Source of the DNA: Mobula hypostoma
Taxonomy: Eukaryota
DNA: 64,000 nucleotides
Direction of reading: 5' to 3'
NCBI RefSeq assembly: GCF_963921235.1
Contig: NC_086117.1
Coordinates: forward strand, 25,298,001-25,362,000
The position numbers and the translations under genes were made by a program. Shown piece after piece: positions 62,871-64,000 of this stretch; the first letter of the stretch is position 1; each line of letters begins with the position of its first letter. The notes under the pieces were generated by a model, which did not search any database, was not told the origin of the DNA, and worked only from the letters and a program-made list of their open reading frames with translations.

Positions 62871-64000
62871 ATTGACTCACCTTTCAAAGCTGTTCCCTTT
62901 GTTTTCAAATCCCAGGATGACCTCACTTTCCATCTTCACCTCCAGCTTTGCATTGCCATGTCCCTCATCCAAAACCATTCACCAGGGAACGTGAGCACCT
63001 TCAGTTGTTGCTTATTGAGCACCTGTGATTGTGATTGCTGCACTATTGGCCGATGTGACTTTAAGTGCCAAGGCTCTCTCCTCATGCTGTGTATTTCTAA
63101 AGTGTGTCATTTCGTGTCTGTCTTTCTTCTTCTAAGCTGTTCTTTCAAGTTATCTTTTTGACCAGACTTTTGATCTTCTGTTCTAATGGGTGCATGAATG
63201 TCAAATTTTATTTGGTAGCACTCCCATTTTGGATATTTAATCACATTAAAGGTGCCTTAAGAAAACACACAGTAATTTTCCTGAACACTACTAGCTGTCC
63301 AGTGACCTTGCTGGAGGAAGTTTCAGAACTGGTGGGTGTGAGATTTTTTTTCTTAGGATTGGACATTTCAAGCAAAGGTCACAAATAAATCCTAAGAAAC
63401 TCAGGGAAAGAAGGCTAATTACTTAAAAATCAAATGAATGGGGGGGAATACTGAAATTAAGTAAAATGGCAGAAGGCTTATACAAAAAACCTATTCATTC
63501 CTTCAATAGTAGGCTTCTTTTAATCAAAAGAAAATAGAATAGGCTTGTCTCCTCTTTTTTAAAAAAAACACAAGAAATCTCATTGAAATGCAGAGAAATT
63601 CTTGACAGCCTTAACAGAGTGAGTGCAAAGAGTGCATTTTTAGTGAGGATAACAAGATAATTTAGATCTGAAATAAGAAATTTCCAACACAAAGTTCAGA
63701 ATGATTTGAATTCTTCACTACTAGTTGGCTATGTGTGCTCAGTCACATAATATATTCAAGACTGGTATAACAGATTGGAGACTAATGGAATTTGGAGTTA
63801 TTGAGGTAGAATAGAAAAGTGGAGCTGACATAAATGCTTCAGGCTCAAGGAGCAGTATGATTTAGAAATGTTGGTAATACTTTTTTCAGTCCAGCTGATG
63901 AAGATGTGGAAGGATTCAGAACTGTAACACAATAGTGGAGAACACTGGGCAATATATGTTCAAGTTAGGATGGTGTTTGATTTGGAACAGATCTTGTTTA

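Noticed and set aside
58916..64000. Terminal TBC1D13 exon (expected DYP...-like start)
   Set aside because: No acceptor followed by a matching frame. ttgcag|GACCTA at ~59557 gives DLLL and ttag|GATTGG at ~63357 gives DWTF, so the exon is presumably beyond the window.
1..64000. CRISPR arrays, operons, rRNA or true tRNA genes
   Set aside because: The DNA is eukaryotic and intron-rich. No regularly spaced repeat-spacer array was seen, and the tRNA-like A/B boxes belong to SINE heads.

Overview
Vertebrate nuclear DNA, almost certainly from a cartilaginous fish (the repeat content suggests a batoid ray). It holds two head-to-head protein-coding genes. ZER1 is on the minus strand and is complete: 15 coding exons at 36898-9346, 2316 nt, 771 aa, plus a probable non-coding exon 1 near 40.9 kb. 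TBC1D13 is on the plus strand, with coding exons 1-11 at 41376-58915; its last exon was not found in the window. All coding-exon junctions are GT-AG and phase-consistent. The two 5' ends appear to lie about 0.5 kb apart around tandem ETS/GABP-type motifs. The rest is dominated by transposons: CR1 and Rex/Babar-like LINEs, Penelope-like elements, tRNA-derived SINEs, and Tc1 and hAT MITEs. The most striking observation is a decayed Gypsy-type LTR retrotransposon (428-4775) that keeps its LTRs, gag, protease and pol tail. Its RT/RNaseH/integrase core is replaced by about 740 bp of intronless, sense-oriented RBM25 mRNA-derived sequence, which looks like host-gene capture. Second, the Penelope 3' tails carry minimal hammerhead-ribozyme motifs, some sense to the ZER1 and TBC1D13 pre-mRNAs. 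Homologies were recognised from memory of the human proteins; no database search was run.
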